This document shows, in pieces, positions 37,245 to 52,100 of a stretch of 64,000 nucleotides of DNA. Position 1 is the stretch's first letter. Each line of letters starts with the position of its first letter. The notes beneath the pieces were generated by a model that saw only the letters and a program-made list of their open reading frames with translations, did no database searches and had not been told where the DNA came from. The translations under genes were made by a program, and so were the position numbers. Origin of the DNA: Elsinoe ampelina (Eukaryota); NCBI GenBank assembly GCA_010093995.1, contig ML992503.1, forward strand, positions 180,984 through 244,983. The letters are read 5' to 3'.

Positions 37245-40200
37245 TATTACGAACTAGTAGGACAAGCTAGAGCGTAGAGATGTTAGGACTAATTAAACTA
37301 CTAAGGTTATTATACGACCTAGCCCGACGTTTACCTAGTTCTCTATCTTCTCTAGTAGCTCTACCCTAGAGACTATAGAGCGTATAGGTTACTAGCGGAC
37401 GTATACTCTATCTTCTCTAGCGGCTCTACTACGGAGTATATAGAGTATATAGGGTATATAGTAAAGAACACATATATATAGGAATAGTCCTTACCTTATA
37501 TAAGTACTATAGTTAACCTTGTCTAGATAGCGAACACTAGTATTACTAAGGCTAGCCTTTGTAATACTATCTAATTGTACTTTATTATCTATAAGACATA
37601 CCTTCTCTAACTCTTACCTTAGTGCTATACTACTATAGAAGTAGAACTACCTTGTTCTTAGCTTAGCTTAGACTACTAATGTAGGCTATATTTAGACAGT
37701 TCGTAACATTTTAACTACCCTTACTATAGTATAGTACGCTACGAGGTTAATAAGTAACTCTCGCTCTAAGTTACTATTAGTATCTTTAATTACTAGTAAG
37801 CTAGGAAAGCTTACTATTAACGACATGTCTACTACTAGTTTAACCTTAGGCGAACATAGAAGGTCTCTTAGTATAGGGAAAGGATAGAGTAAGCCTAAGT
37901 TAGAAGTGGAACTCTTCTATAGGAACCGCGCCTACTTAAGGCGCTTCCTTATTTAACTTAAAGCCTTCTTTGCCCTAGAGAGGGACAAGTACACTAATAA
38001 CGTAGTAAAGGTCCTCTATGCTAGGATACACCTTAAAGGCGCTACCTTTAGGTAGTTTAAGCCTTATATAAGTAGCTACCTAGATAGATAACTAGGCCTA
38101 GATATAAAGGCTATCTTTAAGAGCTTTAGCATCTTCTAGGCAAAGATTAAGTAAGTCTTTAACGTATCTAATAAGGAACATATTACTGCGATAAAGATCT
38201 AACAACTATAACAATATAGGTCTATAGCCTAGTACTACTTCTAGTTCTAATAACTCGTAATGCACCTAGACTAGGATAATAGTACTAAACATTTAGTATT
38301 CTACTAAGGACTAAGCGACTTAGTTAAGGACTAAATAATACTCGAGCTGCCTAATAGCCTCTAAGAACTAGTAGATACTATAATTACTATTAATAACTAA
38401 CTTTATAAACGACATATAGAACGTTATAGAGGATATAAGGTAAACACTAGATATATACGTTCCTCTCGAAACTATAGAGACTCTATAGAACTTAACGCTA
38501 TATACAAAGGTTGCCCCTTATAGGTATAAGGCTAAAGTCGTAGAGGAAAGTTCCTTAGTAGAAAAGAGAGAGAGAAGTATAGACGAGACAACTTATATTT
38601 TAAGTATAAAAGACCTAGGCATCGAGCTAGAGACTACTAACAAGGGGTACTAGCTAATAAATTATATATGATAATTGCTAGGCTAGTAGAGAAAAAGGCT
38701 AACACTACTATAGAAGACCTAACGACCTTTAGCGTAGGTAAGGAAACATAGAAGAAGTCTATAACGACTCGAGAGATAATAGAATCCTCTCCGGATATTA
38801 CGCTTAATATCTCTACGACTAATAGCGAATAATAAAGCTAATACGCGACGCTATTATAGATAGTATATTACGATAACTCTTGTTATATTTACTTATTAGA
38901 TAAGTAAGGATCTAGTTAGTTTCTATATAAGCTATCTAAGCGTAGATAACTAACAAAATAGCTAGACTAGAAACCTAACCTAGAAGGGCTCTCTATAATT
39001 AGTAGTAACATTAACTAACCTTAGAAGGTAGTTAGCGACAATTACTAATATACAATTATCGAGACGAAGTATTAGGACATAAGTACTATATAACAATATA
39101 GTAGCCTTACCTTTAGCTCTTATAGCGAACTATAAGGAAAGGTATATTATATGTCGCTTTAGAAATGTACAAATCTAGATTGTAAATAGTACTATACTAT
39201 TTACTTATACGATATACTTAGAGAAGAGGCTATTAGTCTTAAATACACTACGGACTTCTTAGTAATCGAAATAGGTAGTACTATTCTCTATAGCTAAGTA
39301 CAGGAATATACTCGGTGTAGCCTTACTAACTATAACTATACTAGAGGTAGTAGTAACGAAGAGAAATATAACGAAGAATATACTAAACAACTATAATGTA
39401 ACAATATAGATAAAGACTTATCTAATAACAAAGACAATAACGTACTACTACTAGGCGAACAACTTAAGGCATACCTTATAGGGATATAGAGAAACTATAT
39501 AATAATATATATCTACTACTAGAATAGAACACGACAAGACAAATCTACTTAACCTATATTTGTCTTTAACGCTAATATCTAGCTACACCTAGAGGGGATA
39601 GTTATACTAGTATAGGTATATAACACTACTTAGTATAACTAGTAGAGAATTATTAGACTTTATAGTCATTAAGAAACGTAAGCACTAGAAGTTTACCTTA
39701 CTATATTAAACAACGACAAAATATAACTTGCCTAATAGATATAGTACTAATAGTAGATACGCGTAGAAAGGGATTAGCTACTTATCTAAGGAGCTACAAT
39801 GACAAAAAACTAGCTAGTTATTGCCTAATAAGGCAAGATAATAACACTAGCTAAAGCCTTAATATAATAAAGATCTATATATTAAATTACTTTATACTAG
39901 AAGCTTAGATACAAGGAAATAAGGTAAGAGCAATAATAGATTTAGGAGCTAACTATAGCTATATCTCTATAACAGTTACTAAATAGCTTAAACCTTATTA
40001 ATATTAGAAGGAGTTACCTTACCTACTTACTATAGCGGATAGAACTCTTATAGGGAAGGACGAGAAAGTTACTTAGGAACTATAAAATGTTATAATTAAA
40101 ATCGAGACACATATAGAAAAACGATCGATTAATATAGTTAATATATAGTACAACATAGTACTTAGTATAGACTAGCTTTAATAACACAATCTAGACGTAG

Positions 40201-43200
40201 ACTAGATTAAAGAAACACTCGAATTTCCTAAGTATAATTATAGAACGTAGAGAGTATAATTAGCTCTATAGATACTAACTATAAGGACAGTATAGGTACG
40301 ACTAATAGTTAGGGCTATCGCTAGCGTAAGTAATTAAGCACTTCTACCGGAATATAAAGACTTTAAGGACTTATTTATAGAAAGAGAAGGTATTATAGCC
40401 TTACTCTAATATAAACTATAGAATTACGAAATACCTTTTAAAGAAGGTAAATCCCTAATACACTATTAAGGTCTAATACTACTATCGAAATAAGAGAAGA
40501 ACGTCCTTAAGAACTATATCGACAAGTACTTACTTAAAGGATTTATACGACTATTAAAATCACCTATTACACACGGAGTGCTTTTCGTATCTAAGAAGAA
40601 TAGGACGTTACAAATATGCATTAATTACTAGAAACTTAATATACTTACCTAGAAGAATTACTATTCTCTACCTAGAATTAACAAACTCTAAGACTAACTA
40701 CTTAGAGCTAAATAGTTTACTGTAATTAATATTAGAGATGCCTATTATTAAGTATAAATAAAGGAGGGTAAGGAGTAGAAAACGGCTTTTAAGACATAAT
40801 AGAGTCTATATAAATACCTTGTTATACTCTTTAGGTTAACTAACACTCCTATAACCTTCTAAGAGTTAATTAATAACACTCTATAAGAATACCTTAACAA
40901 CTTTGTCTTAGTATATCTAGATAATATTATTATCTTCTTAAAGATGTATAATAAACATATAGGACATGTTTATAAAGTACTACAAAAACTAAAAGAGAAA
41001 GACTTACTAGTAAAACTCTCTAAGTGTAAGTTCTATAAGCATAAGATACAATTTCTAGGCTATGTTATATCTACTAATAGCATCGGACCTAATCTAAAGA
41101 AGATTAAGTTAGTAAACGACTAGCCGGAACCTATAATAGTTAAGGAGATTTAAGCGCTACTAGAGTTCTTTAACTACTACTATAAGTTTATTAAGGGATT
41201 CTCCGAAGTAGCTATACTAATATCTAACCTTACAAAAAAGAAAACTAGCTTTATCTTTAACAAAAAATGTAAGTAGGCCTTTAAGGAGCTAAAGCTTAGA
41301 CTTATAATAGTACCTGTCCTAGCACTCTTTAACCTAGACTAATAAGCACTACTAGAAATAGATACCTTGGACTTTGTAATAGAAGTGTATCTAGTGTAGA
41401 AAGACATATAGGGACGACGCTACTTAATTATATACTACTTACGAAAAATGACTAGGCTTAAACTTAACTATAACATATATAACAAAGAATTACTTATAAT
41501 TATAGAAGTATTCCGCGAATAGTATATATATCTAGAAGAAACAACCTTACCTATATAAGTCTATACCGACTATAAGAACCTATTATATTAGACAATAACT
41601 AAGGTTCTTAATAGACAATAGGTTTAATAGTTAGAAACACTTACGAGCTATAACTTTTAGATCTACTATGTTAAGGGATTAGAGAATAGTAGAGTAGACG
41701 CTCTTAGCTAATAACTAGACTACTTAAAGAATATAACAATAATAGAGGCCTCTATACTAAAGTAGCAAGACAGCGCTTTAGTCTATAAGCACCTAAAGGT
41801 AGAGTAATTATATAGCCTTACCTAGAAGCTTACGTAAGAACAGAAAAAAGAAGTTATTTAAATATACTATAATAACTTAACTACGGGACATAGCGGGATT
41901 AATAAGACTATTAAACTTATTACACGAAACTACCTATAGAAAGAACTCTAAAACGATATTAAGACGTACGTCGCTATATGCGATATATGCTATAAGTCTA
42001 AGTACTTACGACATAAGCTATATAGCCTACTATAACTCTTACTACTACTAGATAAGCTATAGTAATCAGTTATAATAGACTTTATAGGACCTCTACTACT
42101 ATTAGAAGAACCTCTTATAGGTGTAAAGTATAATAGCATTTTAGTCCTAGTAGATAGATTTATAAAGTATTACTACTTTATACTATATAAGATAATAGTA
42201 ACTACCGAGGATATAGCCTTTATCTTTCTTCGAATAATTGTTTTATAATATAGAGTACTACGAGACCTAATAACTAATAGGGATAAGCTATTTATATTAC
42301 AATTCTAGTAATTATTTGTAGATCTACTAGAAGTTAAATATAAGCTATTGACCTTCTTTTATCTATAAACGGATAGACAAACCGAATAGGCAAATTAAGT
42401 ACTAGAGTAGTACCTATAATGCTACCTAAACTACAAGTAAGACTTATAGGCGACACTATTACTACTTACGGAGCTTACTATTAATAATAGAAAGTCTGCA
42501 AATAGAGTTTTACTATTCTATATAAACTATAGAATATACCTAGATCTATACTACGACATACTTAGAATTAAGCTAGTATCTAAGGACACTAATATACTAG
42601 TTACTAACATTAAGAAACTATATAACTAGCTATACTATAATATAGCATTTATATTATAAAGAATAGTAGAATTTACTAACTAGAAGAGAATTGTAAGACT
42701 AATTCTAAAGGAGAGAGAGAAAGTTTACCTTCTTAGTAAAAACATTAAAACGAAATAACTAAGTAAGAAACTTAACTATACTAAACTAGAACTCTTTAGG
42801 ATCCTAGAAAAGAAAAACAAGAACGTATATAAACTAGAACTACCGAGACATATAAGGATCTATCTAGTCTTTTATATATTACTACTAGAGAAAGTACTAT
42901 AGAACGCTATACCTAGACCTATCGAACTAGACGAAGAAATATAGGAGCTATAGTATAAGATCGAAAGGATTTTACATTATAAACTTATAAAAGGAAAACG
43001 CTACTATCTTATTTACTAGAAGGAATATTAGTATAGCGAAGTAACATAGGAACTAGAGAAATACCTTACCTTATAAGTAATCCTAGATTACTAAATCAAA
43101 AACCTATCCTAAGTAAACTAACTAGGTAGGCCCGACGCTACTACTACTAAATAAAAACGAGAACGCCCTAGAAAGACTACTTAGCCGATAGAAGTACTCT

Positions 43201-44267
43201 AATTATTGCCGAATAGAGAACCCTAGTCGGAGTTAGGCATAAATAATCGCTAGTCCTATAGTAGAATAGGATCTACCGACGATAGTATTTCCTTCTACTT
43301 TAAGACTTAAATATAAGTCTCCTTTAAAGAGATTACTTCCTCTACCTTGTCCTCTAACTTTTATATCTCTTTACGTAGGTAAAGCTTATTACCTATAGCT
43401 CTTTAATAAGCCTCTTTTGCCTTTTTATAAGCTTCTTTAGCTTCCTTTCTAGTAGCCTTAGCTATAACTAATTCCTTTCGTAAACGAATATACTTAGACT
43501 AGAGACGCTACTATTCCGATTTTGTTATCTAAATATTATAACTAGAGTAGTTACTTACGACATACTAGCTATAGATACCCGACCGAATATAGACCTTATA
43601 GTCTAGCCCCTTCGATTTGCAACGAGAATAAGCCTATAGCATATTAGTTCTAAATAGTTTAATAAACTTCGAGAGATTCTTTTATATAGATATACTAGAT
43701 TTACTATGCCTTCGACAACTAGGAGGTATATTTAGTACATAGCGCGTAAAGATAGAAAAGAATACTTACTCGTTAGAATAACTTAATTAAAGAAGAAGAG
43801 TAATGTTATAAACTAGTAGGACAAGCTAGAGCGTAGAGACGTTAGGACTAATTAAACTACTAAGGTTATTACGTAACTTAGCCCGATATTTACCTAGTAC
43901 TCTATCTTCTCTAGTAGCTCTACCTTAGAGACTATAGAGTATATAGGTTACTAGCGGACGTGTACTTTATCTTCTCTAGTAGCTCTACTATAGAGTACGT
44001 AGAGCATATAAGGTATATAGTAAAGAACACATGTATATAGGAATAGTTCTTACCTTATGTAAGTACTATAGTTAACCTCGTCTAGATAGCGAACACTAGT
44101 ATTACTAAGGCTAGCCTTTATAATACTATCTAATTGTACTTTATTATCTATAAGATATACCTTCTTTAACTCTTACCTTAGTACTATACTACTATAGAAG
44201 TAGAACTACCTTGTTCTTAGCTTAGCTTAGACTACTAATGTAGGCTATGTTTAGACATTTCGTGACA
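37245..44267 (+). mobile_element. Gypsy C (Ty3/gypsy chromovirus, RIPed), full length 7,023 bp; 464-bp LTRs at 37245-37708 and 43804-44267; TSD TATAT
   Basis: LTR ends TGTTA(C)(G)AA...TTCGT(A/G)ACA. Removing the element restores the gypsy B frame FKIIYRP. Protease A(M)ID(S)GA near 39,940; RT VYLD(D)II near 40,915; chromodomain Y(E)IERIL...(W)K(G)Y...T(W)E(P)E near 42,955-43,060. Confidence 0.95.
43181..43729 (-). pseudogene. RIPed antisense accessory ORF in gypsy C (Cys6 Zn-binding-like motif plus coiled coil, ~183 codons)
   Basis: A single frame reads A(C)SRCKSKGLD(C)KV(H)IRSGI(C)(G)(Q)(C)...S(C)(D)I.ITKSE(W).RL...RLRKEL...ARKEAKEA. All internal stops are TAA/TAG, consistent with RIP. Confidence 0.7.
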
Positions 44268-47200
44268 TATATATAGGCCTAGCGCTACTAATAGCAAGGC
44301 CGACGCACTTATAAGGAGAAATAGAGACGTACTACGTTCGAAGGAAGACCCTAATCTACGCTAGACGCTATTACTATATAAAGTGCTAGATTAGCGTATT
44401 ATTAACGAACTAAATCTAGGTCGTATCTAAGCTAGATTATCGATCTAGGCTAAACTAAGATCTAGTTTAGCACCTATTTCGCTGCCTATTTCGGCTCGCG
44501 AGCTAGGCACCTATATAGCACCTATCTCCGCTATAGAAGAGCCTTTACTCCTTTTCGACAAAGTAGCTAAAGCTAACTTATAAGACTCTAACTTTAAGAC
44601 AGTTCGTAGCGTCTACTATATAATAGAAGCCTTTCTAAAGAGGAAATAGTTACTATCGACTAATATTATAATTAAGAAGGGGATACTATACGCTACTAGC
44701 TAATTAATCGTGCCTTTCTCTATAGCTGTAAAAGTCATCTAAGAAGTCTATATATTAAGGAATTACACACACGGAGGGGCTACTAAGATAGCTACTATAA
44801 TTAAGTCTACTTTCTATATCCCCGAGTACGATTCTAACGTTAAGAGGTTCGTCGCTAACTATTATAACTATAAGCGCTTAAAGGCTCGCTATAGCTTACT
44901 AGCTAGCCTTCTATCGCTATTACCTATTCCGGTTAGGCCCTAGTAATATATCACTATAGACTTCGTTACTAGCCTACCTCTAGTAGATAGCTATAACGTA
45001 GTACTATATGTTATTAATCGCTTATCTAAGGAACGACACTTAATCTCTTACTTCTAGGGAGAAGAAGGAACCTCTACATTTAAGATAGCTAAGCTATTAT
45101 TCTTCTATATATAGAAACTACATAGCCTACTAGATAGTATTACTTTAGATTATAGCCCTTAGTTCGTTAGCGACGTATAGAAGAGACTCTACTAAATCCT
45201 AAAGATTACTACTAAACTATCTACTATAGGGCATCTATAGATAGATAGCTAATTAGAGGTTATAAATCGTAAGTTTAAGTAAGTTATCTATTTATACGCT
45301 ACATGCTTTAGTAATTAGACCCTTATTCTACTAGTTACAAAGTTCTCCGCTAACGTTAACTTATTAGAGAGCACTAAGCTATCACTATTCGAGGTTACTA
45401 GAGGATATAAGCTAAGGCTAAGCTTCTAACTCTCTTCCGACGTACTATTAACAAGAGCTAAGCTAAATAAGATCGACATCTACGCACTTACTAAACAACT
45501 AAAAGAAGCGCTAGTTATTACTAAAGCTAACCTTGCTATTACCTAATCGCGTATAGTAGAACAAGCTAATAAGCACCGCTAGCTAATAGAGTTCGAGGTA
45601 AGCGATTTAGTATAGTTATTAACAAAGAACCTCCGGCTATATAGTAATCTAAAGCTACTACTAAAACATATTAGTCTATATAAGATCCTCGAGAAGTAGT
45701 TACCGTTAGTATATAAGCTAGATCTACTAGCTACGCTATAACGAATCTACTTTGTGTTTTACGCTAATCTACTTACTAAGTATCTAAATAACTCTCTACT
45801 AGGCTAAGCCTTTAAGGAACTACCTCCGATAGAAGTCGATAGTAAAGAGAAATACAAGGTAGACAACGTAGTTAATATACATATACTACGCGGTAAACTA
45901 GTTACTTATATAAGCTAGAAGAGCTATCCGGAGGATCTTACCTAGTGGCTAATTAACAATCTTAAAGGAGTAGCTAACGTGCTACGTAACTATCTAGACT
46001 CTTACACGGATAAGCTAAGGCTAAAATAGATTAATAAATAATGTATAATAGCGTTTAAGAGTAAACGCGCTTAAGAGAGGAAGTAGTAATACGAGATAGA
46101 TACGAACTAGATTTAGTTAGGATATAGTTTAGATTAGTTATGTAATCTTAGTATCGTAGTCTAGGCTTTCGGCTGCTTCGCCCTCGATATTACGCGTGCT
46201 TTATATACTAGCTTTTCTTCTTCTTCTTCTAAGTCTCGATATTTTAACAAATAGACATAATTAACCCCCTTGTCTTACTAGTCGTAATTAGCTAGTAATT
46301 AGTATAGTAAGGACATCTCGAGCGACTTTAGTAAGCTATAGAAAGTCTTTCTTGTTGTTCTTCTACTAATTAAGCACTTTAAATCCTAGTATACTCTAGA
46401 CTAGAAGGATATTAAGGTAGTTCTTACTCTTTTAATAAGTAGTTTAAGAACTCTCCTATTAATTCTAGATTACCAAGCTAATATTAGACTAGAAGCTAAA
46501 GCTTGTCTAGGGAGAGGTAAGCTATATAGGTAACTAAGGTTAATAGAACTAATTATCTTTATCTTTAAGTAGAGTTATAATACTTAGAGTCTTAGGTAGA
46601 CTATCTAGGAAAGGTAGTTTACTATTATAGCAACTAAGGTAGTTAAGAAATTACTTACGATACTTAGCCTTATTAGATTTCTCTTAGGTGTTATTCTATA
46701 ATATAATTAGCTTACTATAAGAATATATTTATAAGCTATAAACCTTATAGAGAGTTAGCTTTTACATAGGGTCTAAGACTATACTATAATTAAAGAGGTA
46801 CTCTCTCTTATTGTTAGTGTAATTATAGTACTTTAACAATTTATCTCGACTATACTCTACTATAAGTCTAACTACTTTAGACTAAGGCTTATTATTATCC
46901 CTCTCCTTGTCTATAGCGCTATTCTCTATCTTATTAAGGAAGTTAAATAGACAATTATACATTAACTAGATATATATAATTAGTAGGTAGCTAATAGTAC
47001 TTAACTAAGTAGTTACTACCTTAAAGTTCTTAAGTATCTTTATTACTAGCTTAAGGTGTAACTACTCTATACTATTAAGCTAAAGACGTTTAAGATCCTT
47101 ATAATCTAGATTACTAGTATTAGTGCTAACTAAGTTAGGTCCTATACTAGTAGAACTCTTTATCGTAATTTTCTATTTAAGCTATTTATCGATAAATAGT

Positions 47201-49134
47201 CTAAGCTTAAGACTATACTTATATATATTAAAGATTAAGTTCTACTATGTCTTAACGTCTTAAATAATAGCCTTACGCTCTCGAGGTATTAGAGCTTATT
47301 AAAGAGTTATAAACCTCTTAAAGCGTTAAGGTAATTAATTAATAGTAATATAAGTTATATAGAGCTAGGAATTAATTAGACTATAATTAAAAACTATAAT
47401 TAAAATACTAACTTTATAAAGTAAGTTTAGCACTAAAAGTTTAATAGAAATCTTTCTTAAGTACTGCCTTTTAAGCCTAGTAGCTTATTTATTCTCCTTA
47501 GTAGTCTTAAGGTCGAGGTACTTAATAATGTTCTATATAATAAGATTAATAATATATATAAGGCATAGAATAGTGTTTTCTTATATACTCTATATAATAC
47601 TTACTTACCTAAGAAGCCTTTATACTATCTTATATAATATATAGTTATTACTTATATTATTAGTAGTAATAGTAAGGAGTCTATCCTAGAGATTATAGTG
47701 CCGGAGTATCTATATAAGTTTAGTAGCTATATTATAGCCTATATATTAACTCTAAAGTAGTACTATATTTAATAATTGTTCCTAGAGCTACTATTAGGTA
47801 TTAATATAATAAGCTTTAATTATAATAAAGCCTAAATAATTGTTTATAGACTAGCTATTAAGGGCAATTAAGACCTTTATTGTCTTATTAAGATCTTATA
47901 ATAATATTTAATAGAGGTTTTTAAATTTGTTATTAAAGAGAGTAGCGAAGTAAGTATAGCTTAGTATAAATACTCCTAGGTATAGGAACTATATAAACTA
48001 TTAGAAGGATAGTTACTTAATAGTATAAAATAACTAATTATAGTCTACTACTATTCGAATAAGCTCTAAGTAGAATTAAGTAATTAAATATAAAAGAACA
48101 TTCTTCTAATTAATTACTAGACAACTTCGAAGCTATATAAGTACTTAGTCTACTAGATTATAGGCTAATTTCGTAACCTTAGTATAGGTCTTTATATCTC
48201 TATAATTGCTTATTACATTTATACCTTACTTTAATAGTAATAGGTAAGTAAGTATATTACTATACTATAAGTAGTAAATAAATAGACGTCTATTAGATAC
48301 TTATATAGCTTCTCTAAAGTGTGCCTATACTAATCTAGTTCTTAGTATTAAGTTCTAGTTTAGTAGGCTATACTCCTTAGAGAAGCTATAGCAAGATACC
48401 TATAGTGTTAAGTTCTACTACTATAGAAAGCTTTAAAGATCTACTTATTCCTTAGTAAGTATCGAAGGATTAAGCGTTAGACACTTAATAAGGTACCGTA
48501 GTATAGGCTAACTACCTCTATTATATTGTTATATAGTAAAGTAATAACTAGCTAGATCTTAGAGAATAGAGACTACTATAATTAGTAGAGTTAATAGAAA
48601 ATATAATTATAGATTAATTAGATTATTAAAATTCGCTATAGTAGAGTATAAAGGTTATATAACTTATATTATTAAATAGAAGTAGTATAGGTATTTATAA
48701 TAATACTATAACTTTTTAGCTAAATAAATTTAAAATGTTTAGATAAGTAATATATTTAAGTTTAGACTATTAGAAAGTCTTCTCTATAATTACTTTACGT
48801 AAGGCATTTAAAAACGCGCTAGTAGCTCTTAAGTAATTATAAATATTAATTACTAATAGAGTAGTTATAGAGTAGAGTAGAGTTAGGATTTTCTCTAGGT
48901 AACCTACCTCTACTCTAACTTACCTCTAGGCTTAGCTAACTCCCGCTAGAGTAGGTAGAGTTAGAGTTAGCTAAGCTAAGAGGTAGGTTAGGGTAGAGTT
49001 ATAAATTTTGTACTCTATAGGTTATTAGTAATACATAAAATAACAAAGTATAATTACTAATAATAGATTCTAATTACAAACTATATTCTCTAATACTACT
49101 ACTTATAGAATTATACTTTTAATCCCTATTATAT

Positions 49135-52100
49135 CTAGGCATTAGACATCTCCTTATTCTTAACCTTAGTAGTATTCTTATCCTCTATATTCTTATCCTT
49201 ATTCTTATTCTTATTATTATTATTACTATTAGTCTTAAGCTTAGAGTACTCTATAACCTTATTATTCTTATTCTTACTATCTAACTTATCTTTAACTTTT
49301 GTTAAGAATATAGCTCTCTCTAGATAGTTAGGCTAGGAAGTCACATAACCTATAGTTATATAATGCTAAGGCCTAGGGATTCATAAGCTGTTCTTTCTTC
49401 TAGTGGATAGACTCTTTAATTAATTAACTCGTCTATCACCTAACTAGTGTACGGATTAGTTCTATACAATACTTTACCCCTAAATGTGCCTTCTACTTAA
49501 TAGGTTATAAGCCCGGAGCTTATAGCACAAGTATAGAATTGTATATATAGCAGTTAGCCTACTACTTAAACAAAACAGAAGCGGAATTATAATATCCCTA
49601 CCGCCTTATAGTCAACTATCTAGATACCTTTAGTAAGCCTAGTAGACTGTACTATAAGTCGTAAAAGATTATACTACTTAGGACAACAAGCAGGAATAGT
49701 ACTTCTATTTAGTACAGGTTTAACTCCTGTAATTGTTCCACTATAGCTGCTGTTTATTAGCTAGATTAACTAAACATATTTAATTTATTAACTTTCTCTA
49801 AGGCCTAGCTAGCCTTATAGACAACTATTAACTAAAGGTTATTAACTGAACTTAACCTTTATCTATTTATTCGATTCTCTTCTCCTTAGAGAACTTAATT
49901 CCTAACTATAGAAGATTAGTCCTTATCTTTAAGAAGACTAGTTATTAAGCTTAATAGACTTAACTAGAGAGAATAGTTCTACTAGATAGAAATATACCTT
50001 ATAAGTAAGAATACCTTCTAGACTATTCATAGTTAGACTACCCCTTTAGTAACACTATTATCCAATAACACCTCTAGCTCCTTTTTAGTCCTACCTATTA
50101 AGTTAAAGGACTAGCAAAAGGCCAATGTAACTACTAAGTACTAGGTTGTCTAGTATATCTTATAAGATAACAAAGAGTTACTATATAAGGAAGAGCTTAC
50201 ATTAGAGTATTAGAGATTACTTAAGTCTAAGTACAAAACAAACCTTAAGGTAAGCGTAAGAGAGCTAGTTATCTAATTTATGAACTATAAGATAGATAAG
50301 CAGAATACTATTAATAAAGCTTAGTCCTACCTTACTAGCCTAGGAAGACAGATTACTATTGTCTACCTAGACAAGGGTTATTAGAGGGTAGTAGAGAGAT
50401 TATAGTAGCTTCTCTCTTCTCTTCCTAACGACTATAGGTTTACAAGGCAAGTAATTAAAGCAAGGGGATTAACTAACATAGATAAGGTCCTTCTTATTCT
50501 TAAGGAGGAAGAGAGACACCTTAGTAAGCATAAGATTGCTATGTTTACTAGGGGGAGACTAAATCAAGGACCTAGTAGAAGTATAAGCTACACATACATC
50601 CTCTGCTTATAGGCTAGTTATACTATAACTAGATGCCCTTAACTTTAAAGAGCATAGAGGCATGTTTAGCCTTCCTATAGGATTACTAAGAGCCTACTAA
50701 GGAGGAGAAGATCTCTATTAGCTTCTAATGATCTAATCACCCTTGTTAGGCATCTTACTAAGAAGGTTAATAGACTAGAAGCAGCATCTAAGTCAAAGAA
50801 AGGCAAAGCCTTTACTACTACTAAAGGCCGGTCCGAACCTTCCTCTCTAATCTTAACTCTACTACCTAAAGTTCTATCTAGTAAAGAGGAACTTAAGACT
50901 ACAGGCTCTATATTAGAGGTACAAGGTAAGCTTCTACATCATTAGTAGATGCTTAACTCTAGAGCATCTAACTATATAATAGACAAGCTAACTCTCTTTA
51001 GGGGCCTATTAAGCAAGATACATACTCGATAGATCTAGGTTAGGGGGGGTTACCTTTAGTTATAGTTAATAGAAACTGTAGTTATTAGGACTAAGAAGGG
51101 AGATAAGATAAAGGTATAAGCTCTTTATATACCTAATCTTAGTGTTAATTTAGTCTTCTATTGTAAGCTATGTACAGATTTAGGAGTTTCTAGAGTTCTT
51201 AATTCAAATTCTTTTCTTGTTCTTAATTTATAAAAGCAGCTACTACTTAAAGCTAGAATTCGAAGGGGGGTATATATTATCTAATCCCTCTTTAAGTAGT
51301 TAGCTAATCAAAAGCTATATTCTAGATCTAAGCCCGGCTTAATTCTAGATCTAGCTAATTAGGACATAGTATTCCTTGCTACTTAGCTAGTAATTATATT
51401 ACACACTAAGTATGCATATCTAACCTAGAATAAGTAATATAAGGATCTTATTGATTTAAGACCTAATAACTCTAACATAGAGTACTAACTCTAGCATAGG
51501 AGATTTGCTTACCTTAGAGTTAAGAAGCTTAGGGATCTTTATAAGGTTATAACCCTTAAGAAGCTTATTAATTTAAACTATAATTTGTTAATCCTATGTA
51601 AGGTCTATTCCTTAACAAAGATAAGGAATAGAAGAGGCAAAACTTTATAGAGAAGACTAGAGGTTCTTTAGCTTGTTTATACTAACATCTATAGCCTAAT
51701 TAAAGCAAGTAGGGAAGGATTTAGATACTTTCTAGAGCTTATAGATAGCTATTTAAGGATAACATAGATTATACTACTTAAGATAAGAGATAAAGCCCTA
51801 TAGAGGCTTATTAAGTAGAAGCTAAGGGTTAAGAAGGAAAGTAATGCCAAAGTCAAGGTCACTAGATTAGACAATGCTAGTAAGCTTAACAAGATCCTAA
51901 AGTAGTAGGAGCGCTAAGAAGGCATCTATTATATAACTACTAAGCTATATAATTTAATCTAGAATAGACTAGTAGAGAAAGGCATCTAAACCTTAGAGAA
52001 TGGCATAAGAGCAATGCTTAAGGACTTAAAGATGCTAAATAAGTTCTAGCCTAAAGCAGTTTAGGTAGATACATATCTAAGGAACAGGACAGTAACTAGA

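Larger units (their letters stand above)
33083..46290 (+). mobile_element. Gypsy B (Ty3/gypsy chromovirus, RIPed), full length; 204-bp LTRs at 33083-33286 and 46087-46290; TSD GCTAG
   Basis: Matching LTRs and 5-bp TSD. Zn knuckle (C)YVC(G)KP(GH)IST(E)C near 34,720; RT GLRL(C)VDY near 36,170 and IYL(DD)ILIY near 36,480; integrase near 44,700-45,400; chromodomain near 45,850-45,960; PPT AAGAGAGGAAG. Confidence 0.95.
32461..48856 (-). mobile_element. hAT-1 (RIPed hAT DNA transposon), segments 32461-33082 and 46291-48856; remainder predicted beyond the window
   Basis: Terminus TAGAGTAGTTATAGAGT with subterminal TAGAGTAGAGTTAG repeats. Reverse-complement match to hAT-2 at about 56709-59672. The hAT dimerisation motif is split by gypsy B. 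Confidence 0.9.

Noticed and set aside
48857..49017. This segment as the closing end of hAT-1 or as a MITE
   Set aside because: Its TIR is in the same orientation as the one at 32461 and no matching TSD was found. It fits the left end of hAT-2.
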